Shown: positions 10,475 through 18,545 of the stretch, piece after piece
Layout of the letters: every line of letters starts with the position of its first letter
Numbering within the stretch: the first letter of the stretch is position 1
Assembly (NCBI GenBank): GCA_963741955.1
Contig: CAVUKB010000007.1
Span: forward strand, 320,001-384,000
From: an uncultured Acidobacteriota bacterium
GTDB taxonomy: Bacteria > Acidobacteriota > Thermoanaerobaculia > Gp7-AA8
Direction: 5' to 3'
DNA: 64,000 nucleotides
Notes under the pieces: generated by a model
The model's input: the letters and a program-made list of their open reading frames with translations, nothing else
The model's database searches: none
Told to the model about the DNA's origin: nothing
Translations under genes and position numbers: made by a program

Positions 10475-10481
10475 CGCGGTT

Positions 10482-11182
10482 CGCGCTCCCCGCGCGGCCG
10501 GTCTCTCCGGGGTGCGGTTCGTCCGATCTCTCTGGGGTGCGGATCATCCGATCCGCGGCGGAGATCGTGTTGTACGGGATGAAGAGCGTGCCTGTGGGTG
10601 AACGCGGAGCGTCGGTGGCCGGACCGGTGTGGATGGAAGAGGCTCTGCTTCAGCCGCAGGGACTGTCTCGATCCGATCTGAACGCGGTCGTCGCGGCGGA
10701 TCAGAGGATCCGCGCTCCCCGCGCGGCCTGTCTCCCGGGGTGCGGTTCGTCCGATCTCTCCGGGGTGCGGATCATCCGATCCGCGACGGAGATCGTGTTG
10801 TACGCGATGAAGAGCGAGCCTGTGGGTGAACGCGGAGCGTCGGTGGCCGGACCGGTGTGGATGGAAGAGGCTCCGCTTCAGCCGCAGGGACTGTCTCGAT
10901 CCGATCTGAACGCGGTCGTCGCGGCGGATCAGAGGATCCGCGCTCCCCGCGCGGCCGGTCTCTCCGGGGTGCGGTTCGTCCGATCTCTCTGGGGTGCGGA
11001 TCATCCGATCCGCGACGGAGATCGTGTTGTACGCGATGAAGAGCGTGCCTGTGGGTGAACGCGGAGCGTCGGTGGCCGGACCGGTGTGGATGGAAGCGGC
11101 TCCGCTTCAGCCGCAGGGATGGTCTCGATCCGTTCTGAACGCGGTCGTCGTGGCGGATCAGAGGATCCGCGCTCCCCGCGCG
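10482..11182. repeat. Tandem array of three ~229-bp units plus a partial fourth, each with REP-like inverted palindromes
   Basis: CGCGCTCCCCGCGCG recurs at 10482, 10711, 10939 and 11168 (periods 229/228/229). Each unit has GGGGTGCGGATCATCCGATCCGC and the inverted partner GCGGATCAGAGGATCCGCGCTCCCC. Confidence 0.92.
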
Positions 11183-11307
11183 ACAGATCGATCCGGAGCG
11201 GACGATGCGGGTGGACGCGCCTCGGACGGGAAATTCGAGATGCTTTTGAGCCTCCGGCTGGGCATAATGTTGAACTGGCCCCGGCTAGATCGGGGAGAGA
11301 ATTCGTG

Positions 11308-12252
11308 ATGGCTTCGCTGCTGATCGCAATCGTCACGCTCCTCGTGATGCTCGTTCCGACGGTGTGGATCGTCGTGGCGCGGCCGGGAGGACGGACCGTC
11401 TGGGCCCCCCGCGTCCTTCTCGCCGCAGCTCTCGTGACACTCGGATTTCTACTGGGGAACTGGGCGGTCCTCGGGATCTGGACGCGCATCGGCCTCGCCG
11501 GCCTCTTCCTCGTGGCGGTGCTCGTCTCGTTCGTCCGGGCCCGGCGAGTGGGCCGCGATTCCGCCGGCGGCGGAAGGACGTCGTTCGCGATCACCATCAT
11601 TGCCGTCGTGATCCTCCTCGTCGATCTCGCCGCGATCGCTTCGCGGATACCTCCGGCGGGAGCGGTCGACCTCGCGTTCCCGTTCCACTCCGGTACGTTC
11701 GTGGTCACTCAGGGCGGCCGCGGGCCTCTGACCAACCCGTTCCACTTCTGGACCCCGGCCGAGCAATACGGGCTCGATCTGGTCAGAGTCGGAAAGCTCG
11801 GCGTGCGGGCGCGCGGGGTTGCGCCGAAGGAGCTGAAGGAGTACGCCACGTGGGGGGAGCCGGTCTTCAGCCCCTGTACCGGCCGGGTGGTTGACGAGGT
11901 CTCGCGCACCCCGGAGGCGGCGATCGGATCGCCCGACGCCTCGGTGCCTGCGGGTAACTACGTGATCCTCGACTGCAGCGGGACGAACGTCGTCCTGGCC
12001 CACCTGAAGCGCGGTGCCGTCTTCGTCCGCCCTGGCGACTCGGTGCTGGAAGGAGAGAGAATCGCGAAGGTCGGAAACTCCGGGTATACCAGCGAGCCGC
12101 AGTTGCACCTGAGCGCATCGCGGACGGAGGGGGGGCGCCAGGTTCCGGTCCCGGTCCGCTTCGAGGGGGCGTTCCTCACACAGAACGACGTCGTTCGGGT
12201 GGAGGGAGAATCGCAGCAGCCGGCCATTCCGGCCGCACAAGTTCCTCAGTAG
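11308..12252 (+). CDS. Membrane-anchored M23 family peptidase-like protein
   Basis: About four N-terminal TM helices, then YGLDL, GEPVFSPCTGRV, GNYVIL, LAHLKRG, KVGNSGYTSEPQLHL. Start set at ATG 11308 because the upstream ORF part lies in the repeat array. Confidence 0.82.
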   Translation: MASLLIAIVTLLVMLVPTVWIVVARPGGRTVWAPRVLLAAALVTLGFLLGNWAVLGIWTRIGLAGLFLVAVLVSFVRARRVGRDSAGGGRTSFAITIIAVVILLVDLAAIASRIPPAGAVDLAFPFHSGTFVVTQGGRGPLTNPFHFWTPAEQYGLDLVRVGKLGVRARGVAPKELKEYATWGEPVFSPCTGRVVDEVSRTPEAAIGSPDASVPAGNYVILDCSGTNVVLAHLKRGAVFVRPGDSVLEGERIAKVGNSGYTSEPQLHLSASRTEGGRQVPVPVRFEGAFLTQNDVVRVEGESQQPAIPAAQVPQ

Positions 12253-12482
12253 GGCTCGACGTCTTCGGCCGCTTTTCGTACCCGCTCGGACTCGAGCTCG
12301 GTCACCCGCGTTTTCAGGTCGATGATCTCGTTCGAGAGTCGAGTCAGGTCGTCCCGCAGCGCTTCGTGAGCGATGTCCCGGATCTTCGACTGCAGTTTCT
12401 GCATCTTGTCACGCTGGTATTGAGTGAGCTTGTCGACCGAGTCGCCGAAGATTTCACGGAGGGTCTGTTCGAGATCTGCCAT
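12246..12482 (-). CDS. Small coiled-coil hypothetical protein
   Basis: 78 aa with heptad pattern (LRDDLTRLSNEIIDLKTRVTELE); SD GAGGT upstream; sigma54-type motif upstream. Confidence 0.75.
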   Translation of the reverse strand: MADLEQTLREIFGDSVDKLTQYQRDKMQKLQSKIRDIAHEALRDDLTRLSNEIIDLKTRVTELESERVRKAAEDVEPY

Positions 12483-12526
12483 TGGTCACCTCGCAGCGTA
12501 GTCAGTTCCGAAGCTCATCAGAATCG

Positions 12527-12542
12527 AGCAAGCGATGTGCCA
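12527..12542 (-). promoter_or_regulatory. Sigma54 (RpoN) -24/-12 promoter for the 78-aa gene
   Basis: Minus strand reads TGGCAC-ATCGC-TTGCT, an exact match to TGGCAC-N5-TTGCW, 45 nt upstream of the ATG. Confidence 0.7.
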
Positions 12543-12732
12543 CGCAGGAGCCGGACGACGCGCTCACGACGAGCGCAGACCCCGCTCGTCCGGCACGAAT
12601 TCGATCCCGCGGTGGCCCGGCGGTCACGCCGCGTGCAGGACGTTCTTCGGCGCGGTGGCTGCGGTATCGCGGGCACGCGTCGCGCCCGCCTCGATTCTTG
12701 CGACTTGCAACGAGAAGTTGTTTGGCGAACGT

Positions 12733-12800
12733 GAACCCCAGGGTTCCGGCGCGGAGCGCCTCCACCCTGGGCTACTGTCGGTCGTGCCTACGGCACTGGG
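12733..12800. repeat. REP-like palindromic element
   Basis: Hairpin CCCAGGGTTCCGGCGCGGAGCGCCTCCACCCTGGG followed by CTAC...GTGCCTACGGCAC. Confidence 0.45.
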
Positions 12801-12839
12801 GGTGGAGCGAGTGCGAGGCGGGCGGCGGTTCGTGGGAGT

Positions 12840-12944
12840 GAGTCACCAAAGTTCTAGAGCACGGATCGTCGGGGCGAGTGGTGCAACCGGGACGTGCAGC
12901 GCGTGAAGACGGGCGATGGTCCTTGAAACTTCGGCCACGAGAGG
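12840..12944 (+). repeat. ~105-bp imperfect direct repeat, copy 1 (partner at 13606-13708)
   Basis: GAGTCACCAAAGTTCTAGAGCACG...CGTGCAGCGCGTGAAGACGGGCG...GAAACTTCGGCCACGAGAGG; about 80% identical to copy 2 by manual alignment. Confidence 0.85.
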
Positions 12945-12960
12945 TCGCCCAGGCCTTCGG

Positions 12961-13221
12961 TTACGTGAGAGGCGCGATTTTCGGCAGGGGCTCGAGCGCT
13001 TCTGCATTGCTCCACGCTTCTCGCAGTTCGTTGTGGTGCAGCGTCGCCCACTCGACGACGAGGCCGGCCGCCCGAGGCGGTAGTTTCCCCGCGAAGATCG
13101 CGAGAGTGTCGATCTCGAAAAGTGCCTCCTCGCCGCCGTACGATGCATGGAAATGAGGGGGAGGATGATCGTCGAGATACATCCGGATCACGATCCCGAA
13201 AAACCGGCTCAGCTCAGGCAT
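12961..13221 (-). CDS. DUF4160 domain protein (putative toxin-antitoxin component)
   Basis: MPELSRFFGIVIRMYLDDHPPPHFHASYG...GKLPPRAAGLVVEWATLHHNELREAW...KIAPL matches the characteristic family pattern. Confidence 0.9.
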   Translation of the reverse strand: MPELSRFFGIVIRMYLDDHPPPHFHASYGGEEALFEIDTLAIFAGKLPPRAAGLVVEWATLHHNELREAWSNAEALEPLPKIAPLT

Positions 13222-13525
13222 GCCTTGCTTCGGTCGAACCGAGGTTCGGGAACAGCTGATCGGGAGTCTTCCCGGTCACCTGGAGGTAGAGCGAGTCGGC
13301 GCCCAAATCGACGCTCTCACTCCAGACGACCGCACGCCCCTCTTCGACCCGGGCTCGTTCGAAGGCTCCGGCTTCGAGCCAGAGAGAGAATACACCGCGA
13401 CCCGCGAGGTACGAAAGATCTGCGATGCCACGCGTACCGTCGCTGAACCGAACGCGAAGCCGGTAATCGGGGAGTGGCTCGATCTCGACGAGCTCGACCA
13501 GTGACCTGCTCACGACGTCAATCAT
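13214..13525 (-). CDS. DUF2442 domain protein (putative toxin-antitoxin component)
   Basis: C-terminal 103 aa of the listed ORF: VEIEPLPDYRLRVRFSDGTRGIADLS...GVFSLW...AVVWSESVDLGADSLY. Overlaps the DUF4160 start by 8 nt. Confidence 0.88.
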   Translation of the reverse strand: MIDVVSRSLVELVEIEPLPDYRLRVRFSDGTRGIADLSYLAGRGVFSLWLEAGAFERARVEEGRAVVWSESVDLGADSLYLQVTGKTPDQLFPNLGSTEARHA

Positions 13526-13605
13526 ACTGCAGTCTGTGAACCGCCGACGGGAGGAGGGCGCGCTGAAAGGCCGCGCGAGTGAGAACGGGTATCGCTTCAT
13601 GGGCG

Positions 13606-13708
13606 GAGTCACCAGAGTTTTGGAGCACGAATGATCGGGTGATTGGTGCCACGCGTACGTGCAGCGCGCGAAGATGGGCGGGGTTCTCGAGACTTCGGCC
13701 ACGAGAGG
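13606..13708 (+). repeat. ~103-bp imperfect direct repeat, copy 2
   Basis: GAGTCACCAGAGTTTTGGAGCACG...CGTGCAGCGCGCGAAGATGGGCG...GAGACTTCGGCCACGAGAGG. Confidence 0.85.
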
Positions 13709-13795
13709 GTGGTCGCTGCGAGACGGATTCGGGTTCGGTCTACAATGGACGCAAATGGACGCAGCTTCTCCTCGCGCGGCGCAGAAGGAGGTCCC

Positions 13796-14128
13796 ATGCG
13801 CGCTCCGATCCGGTCGTTCTCCGACTTCTGGCCCCACTACGTCCGTGCGCACTCGAAACCGCGGACCAGGATCCTCCACGGCATCGGCTCCACGCTCGCA
13901 GTCGGTGCAGTGGCTCTCGCGCTCGCCAGCAGCCCATGGTGGCTTCTGCTCGCTCCGCTGGTCGGCTACGGCTTCGCGTGGTACGGCCACTTCTTCGTCG
14001 AAGGAAACCGGCCTGCGACGTTCGGACACCCGTTCTATTCACTCGCAGCCGACTACCGGATGCTCTTCCTGATGATGTCCGGACGGATGGACGACGAAGT
14101 GGAAAAGCATCTGATATCTGATATCTGA
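13796..14128 (+). CDS. DUF962 / Mpo1-like membrane protein
   Basis: SFSDFWPHYVRAHSKPRTRILHGIG...GYGFAWYGHFFVEGNRPATFGHPFYSLAADYRM; SD AAGGAGG before ATG 13796. Confidence 0.9.
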   Translation: MRAPIRSFSDFWPHYVRAHSKPRTRILHGIGSTLAVGAVALALASSPWWLLLAPLVGYGFAWYGHFFVEGNRPATFGHPFYSLAADYRMLFLMMSGRMDDEVEKHLISDI

Positions 14129-14135
14129 TATCTGA
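14109..14135 (+). repeat. Heptamer tandem repeat (ATCTGAT)x~4
   Basis: ATCTGAT ATCTGAT ATCTGAT ATCTGA; inverted relative to the tract at 16110-16168. Confidence 0.8.
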
Positions 14136-14156
14136 AACCTTTATCTTCTATCTAGC

Positions 14157-16076
14157 CTGAAGTTCCCTGGGGCTATAGGCAAGGATCCGCTGTAAATTCA
14201 GGGAGATAGGCAGGAATATGCGTGCAGGCTTCTGTCTACAAGTGGATGGACTTGAGCAGATCGAAGGCGCGCTGTTGAGTTAGGCCTGGGGTGGTGACGA
14301 GGTCGAAGGTGGACTCGTCGTTGGATGCGCCCGGACGGCGAGCGGTGTTGCGGACGATGGTGCTCAGGTCTGCGAGCAGGGTCTGAAAGCTGTGGGCGGG
14401 AGTGCCGTCGTCGAGTACCTTCGAATGGATCTTATCGAGCGCTTTCGCTGATCGTTTTGCGGGAGCAACGGGATCACGGCTCGTTTTTGCCTGCTGGTCC
14501 TCGTCGGAGAAAAGCAGTGGGCGCCAGGCTTCCATCATGTGCCAGGCCACGTAGTAGGCCAGCATGCAGAGGAAGATGTGAGCCTTGACGCGCTCCTCGA
14601 GCCGGTGGCGGATGGGCCGCACCTGGAGATCGACAGTCTTCAGTGAGCGAAAGGCCCGCTCGACCTGACTGAGCAGCTTGTAACTGCGCACGACGTCGTC
14701 GGTGCCAAGAGTCTCGGCGGCCACGCTGGTCCTTACGACATAGAGCCCATCGAGGGAAGCCTCGCGCGCCACCTTGTCCGCGTCGATGTGGAAGTCAAGC
14801 CCGTCATCGCGAATGTCCAGGACAATGTGTTTGGCGACCTTGTACTTGTCGATCACCTTGCCGACGCGTACGCCAATGACGTCCTTTCCTTGGAGCTTGC
14901 CGTGCGAGACCATCCCTCGCACTTTCTCCAATTCCTTGAGCGTAGCCTCGAGGAGCGACTCGCGTTTGTGCGCGCGCAACCGGGCCAGATCCGCATTGCG
15001 ACAGGCCACCAGTCGCTCGCCCGGGAAATCGGGATGGGTCATCTCGAAAAGATTGCGCGTGTCGAACAGCCCGAGCTGGATATGACCGGCGTCAACGAGC
15101 TTTTGAATCGTCACGCTCCTGAGGGCCGTAATCCAATCAATGCCGTCTCGCTGACGGAGATCATCGATTTGCTTCTGCGAGATCATGCCGCGATCGCCAA
15201 CGAGAACAAACTTCTCGATCGTGAAGGTCTTCTGTAGTTTCTCGACCTGAGGCATCAATGTCCTGGGGTCACTGGTGTTGCCATCGAAGACACTCACTGC
15301 TACGGGGCACCCACGGCGGTCGGTCAGCAGTCCGTAGTTGACCTGAAGCTTGCCCTTCTTGCCATCCCGGTTGTGGCCGCGCATGGCGAGCGGGCAGCTC
15401 TCTCCCTCGAAATAGCTCGAGCTCAGGTCGTACAGGACCAGACCGCCCTTGGGCAGATGTCTCGCTGCGAGTTTCTTTTCGATTGCGTCTTGTCGGCCAA
15501 GCAGCCAATCGAGCGCGCCATAGAGGTCGTCTTCATCGGCATCGGTGACACCGAAGACTTCGGGAATCGTCGAGGTGTGCCATGACCGCACGGTGCTGAG
15601 CTTGCTGCGCGGGGCAAGGATACGAGCCGCCACCATGGCGAGGACCAGATCACGCTCGCGGCACGAGCGAGATGCAACGAGCGAAGCGAAGCCGAGTTGC
15701 TTGATTGCGATCTGGACGGCTTCGACATGACCGTGATGGACCGATCGAATGATCTCGAACAGCTCGGCGATCGGGGCGAGCCTCTCGCCCTTCAAGATTC
15801 TGCGAATCGCGTCGATCTGATCGGCCGGCAGGGCCGAGAGATTGGCCAGCGTGCGTTTTCGGACCTTGGCCCCCACCCGGTAGGACTCGCGCAGCAGGAC
15901 GGCCGGGGCCGAGTTGCGGTTCGGCACGATGTCGATGTGCATGGCCACAGTATGCCAGTACTATTCACACCTGTCAATGCAGTAATCACACTTACATGGC
16001 TACATTCTTGCATACAAATCGAGGTCATCTTCAAGAAAACACAGCACTTCTCTGCGAAAACCCCCGGGAACTTCAG
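14157..16076 (-). mobile_element. IS1634-family insertion sequence, 1,920 bp, apparently intact
   Basis: TIRs CTGAAGTTCCC(T/G)GGGG at both ends; 6-bp direct repeat TCTAGC at 14151-14156 and 16077-16082; lower GC than the flanks; single transposase ORF. Confidence 0.92.
14236..15948 (-). CDS. IS1634-family DDE transposase
   Basis: MHIDIVPNRNSAPAVLLRESYR...KRTLANLS; LYDLSSSYFEG, VGDRGMI, YKLLSQVERAFRSLKTVDLQVRPIRH, HIFLCMLAYY. Confidence 0.93.
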   Translation of the reverse strand: MAMHIDIVPNRNSAPAVLLRESYRVGAKVRKRTLANLSALPADQIDAIRRILKGERLAPIAELFEIIRSVHHGHVEAVQIAIKQLGFASLVASRSCRERDLVLAMVAARILAPRSKLSTVRSWHTSTIPEVFGVTDADEDDLYGALDWLLGRQDAIEKKLAARHLPKGGLVLYDLSSSYFEGESCPLAMRGHNRDGKKGKLQVNYGLLTDRRGCPVAVSVFDGNTSDPRTLMPQVEKLQKTFTIEKFVLVGDRGMISQKQIDDLRQRDGIDWITALRSVTIQKLVDAGHIQLGLFDTRNLFEMTHPDFPGERLVACRNADLARLRAHKRESLLEATLKELEKVRGMVSHGKLQGKDVIGVRVGKVIDKYKVAKHIVLDIRDDGLDFHIDADKVAREASLDGLYVVRTSVAAETLGTDDVVRSYKLLSQVERAFRSLKTVDLQVRPIRHRLEERVKAHIFLCMLAYYVAWHMMEAWRPLLFSDEDQQAKTSRDPVAPAKRSAKALDKIHSKVLDDGTPAHSFQTLLADLSTIVRNTARRPGASNDESTFDLVTTPGLTQQRAFDLLKSIHL

Positions 16077-16109
16077 TCTAGCTGGATGCTCTCTTATCAG
16101 GCACTAATT

Positions 16110-16168
16110 AGATAACAGATAATAGATAACAGATAACAGATAACAGATAATAGATAATAGATATCAGA
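16110..16168 (-). repeat. Heptamer tandem repeat (AGATAAY)x7 plus AGATATC
   Basis: AGATAAC AGATAAT AGATAAC AGATAAC AGATAAC AGATAAT AGATAAT AGATATC, ending at the S9 peptidase stop codon. Confidence 0.85.
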
Positions 16169-18353
16169 TGCCTCCCTCTTTCGTGGTCGGCGGAACCTTC
16201 GGCACGTTACCCTCGCCGCCGACTCCGGGAGCCTTCGGTTCTGCTTCCCGGATCCTCTCCCCGGTCTCCTTGTTGAAAACCGCGTTGCGGAGGAACTGAT
16301 CGGTCGTCCATGGAGGCGCATCGCCGCCGAGGTACTTGTGGAACCACTCGAGATGGGCGGTGTAGTAGAGAGCCATCTCGTACCAGCTCGGCCAGTGCCC
16401 GGAGTTGGAGTAGACGATCAGTTTCGACGGCACGTGCATCTTCTGCAGCGCGGTGAACATCTGCAGACCCTGGGTATACGGGACGCGGTAGTCTCGCTCT
16501 CCGGTGATCACCATGCACGGAGTCTTGAAGTTCTTCACGAAGTTCGAAGGGGACCACTTCTCGTAGAGATCGGAATTCCAGGGTTGACCCTCGAGGTCCC
16601 ATTCCGGGAACCAGAGCTCTTCGGTGGCGCCGTAGAACGAGCGGAGATCGAAGAGCCCCATCATCGAGGCGATGGCTTTGAAGCGGTCCGTATGTCCCTC
16701 GAACCAATCCATCATGTAGCCACCGTACGACCATCCCATCGCTCCCATCCGGTTGCGGTCGACGTACGGGAGCTTCTCGAGGGCGTCGGTGACCTTCATC
16801 AGATCCTGGAACACCGCGCCGCCCCAGTCGCCGGAGATCTCGGCGGTGAAGTCCTGGCCGTAGCCGGTCGAGCCGTGCGGATTGCAGAACGCCACGACGT
16901 AACCCGCGCCGGGGTAGACCTGCCAGTCGCCGCGGAAGGAGTCGGCCCACTGCGACTGGGGGCCGCCGTGCACGTTGAAGATCAGCGGGTACTTCTTCGA
17001 CGGATCGAATCCATGAGGTTTGACGATGAAGACCTCGATCTTCGATCCGAGAGTGCCGTCGACCCACATCGTCTCGGCGGGACGGATGTCCACCTCGCTC
17101 TTCAGCGAGTCGTTCAGCTTCGTCAGTTGCTTCGCCGCTGCGGAGCCATCGCCGACTTTCGCGCTGTAGATCTCACCGGGGCTGCCGATCGCACGCGATG
17201 CGAAGAGGATGGTCTTCTCCGAAGGAGAGAACGAGAACGAATCGATCGTCGCGTGCTCGAGGACCTTCTCGATCTTTCCGCTCCCGAGGTCCAGACGGTA
17301 GATCGGATTGGTTCCTTCGACTTCGCCGGTGAAGTAGATCGACTTCGAGTCTCCACTCCATTCGAATTCGTCGATCCAGTTGCGGAACTCCTCGGTCATG
17401 TCGCGTGTGGTTCCGCTCTTCCGGTCGTAGAGCGCGATCCGGAAGAGGTCGGACTCGTAACCCGGCTGCTTCTGCATCCGGTAAGCGATCCACCGTCCGT
17501 CCGGGGAGTACTTCGGGCTGCCGTCGTAGGCGGGGTTCGACGAGGTGATGTCCCGCGCCGCGAAATTCTTGTCGCCGAGCGACACGAGATAGAGGTCGTT
17601 GTTCGTGGAGGATTCGGGATCCGGAACGCGCTTCGAGACGAACACCAGCTCCTTCGAATCGGGAGAGAAGTCGTACTGCACCGGACCGCCGAGCTGAAAC
17701 GTCGGCGAGTCCCATTTCCCCGGGGTCACGTCTCGAATTTCGCCGCCCGGGACCGAGACGACGAAGATGTGGGTCGCGGTGCCGTCCTTCCATGCGGTCC
17801 AGTGGCGGTAGAGGAGCGCGTCCGCGGTGTGCGCGTCGAGCGGCCCGTCGTGCCAGCGATCGGCGATCTTCTTGTTGCACGCGTCGTCGGCGCCGCATTC
17901 GGGGTAGACGTCGGTCGAGAAGGCGATCCACTTCCCGTCAGGCGACCAGACCGGGTCGGAGACACCGGTGGAGATGTTCGTGATCCGTTGCGCCTCCCCT
18001 CCGGCGACCGGCATCACGTAGAGGTTCGAATCTCCTTCGCGGGAGCTGACGAACGCAATCGAAGTTCCGTCGGGTGAGAAGACGGGCGAGCTCTCGCTCT
18101 TGTCGCTCCGGGTCAGCTGGCGCTCGTTCGAGCCGTCGGCGTTCATCATCCAGACGTGGCTCTGGTGCTTCGCCCGCGGCAGATCGCTCGTCGAGACGGT
18201 GTAGACGACCGTACGCCCGTCGGGCGAGACGTGAACGTCGCCCACTCCCTTCACCCGGTAGTAGTCCTCGAGCGTGAATGCTCTCTTCGCGGCAAACGAG
18301 GGAAGCGCGACGACGAGCAGGAGGAGCGCAACGAATGAGACTCTTCGATTCAT
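16164..18353 (-). CDS. Secreted S9 family (prolyl oligopeptidase / dipeptidyl aminopeptidase) peptidase
   Basis: Signal peptide; PD40 repeats (FSPDG, WSPDG); VHGGP, GSTGYG, nucleophile GWSYGG, DYRV, GHW. Confidence 0.93.
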   Translation of the reverse strand: MNRRVSFVALLLLVVALPSFAAKRAFTLEDYYRVKGVGDVHVSPDGRTVVYTVSTSDLPRAKHQSHVWMMNADGSNERQLTRSDKSESSPVFSPDGTSIAFVSSREGDSNLYVMPVAGGEAQRITNISTGVSDPVWSPDGKWIAFSTDVYPECGADDACNKKIADRWHDGPLDAHTADALLYRHWTAWKDGTATHIFVVSVPGGEIRDVTPGKWDSPTFQLGGPVQYDFSPDSKELVFVSKRVPDPESSTNNDLYLVSLGDKNFAARDITSSNPAYDGSPKYSPDGRWIAYRMQKQPGYESDLFRIALYDRKSGTTRDMTEEFRNWIDEFEWSGDSKSIYFTGEVEGTNPIYRLDLGSGKIEKVLEHATIDSFSFSPSEKTILFASRAIGSPGEIYSAKVGDGSAAAKQLTKLNDSLKSEVDIRPAETMWVDGTLGSKIEVFIVKPHGFDPSKKYPLIFNVHGGPQSQWADSFRGDWQVYPGAGYVVAFCNPHGSTGYGQDFTAEISGDWGGAVFQDLMKVTDALEKLPYVDRNRMGAMGWSYGGYMMDWFEGHTDRFKAIASMMGLFDLRSFYGATEELWFPEWDLEGQPWNSDLYEKWSPSNFVKNFKTPCMVITGERDYRVPYTQGLQMFTALQKMHVPSKLIVYSNSGHWPSWYEMALYYTAHLEWFHKYLGGDAPPWTTDQFLRNAVFNKETGERIREAEPKAPGVGGEGNVPKVPPTTKEGGI

Positions 18354-18442
18354 GCATGACCTCGCAAGATGGAGTCGGCGGCCCGCAGACCTCCGGAGGA
18401 GGAGGATTTAATCACGGGAGGGACGCGGCGGCGAGGTCAACT

Positions 18443-18519
18443 GCGGATGGCGGAAGTAGGAAGGCAGAAGGCGGAAGTCGAAAGGCGGATGGCGAATCCG
18501 AAACTCGAAATTCGAAATC
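18443..18519 (+). repeat. Degenerate heptamer tandem repeat, about 11 units
   Basis: GCGGATG GCGGAAG TAGGAAG GCAGAAG GCGGAAG TCGAAAG GCGGATG GCGAATC CGAAACT CGAAATT CGAAATC. Confidence 0.7.
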
Positions 18520-18545
18520 CCCCGGTGTTACACTCCCGGTCGCTG

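Noticed and set aside
10482-11182. CRISPR array or repeat-protein gene
   Set aside because: Whole 229-bp units repeat without spacers, and the period is not consistently a multiple of 3, so the overlapping ORFs shift frame and look spurious.
12840-13708. Canonical integron attC sites
   Set aside because: No convincing RYYYAAC...GTTRRRY ends at the hairpin boundaries and no integrase in the window; kept only as a cassette-like observation.
14152-16081. IS boundaries including CTAG as part of the TIR
   Set aside because: A 6-bp direct repeat TCTAGC with TIRs starting CTGAAGTTCCC explains both ends without a mismatch, so 14157-16076 was preferred.
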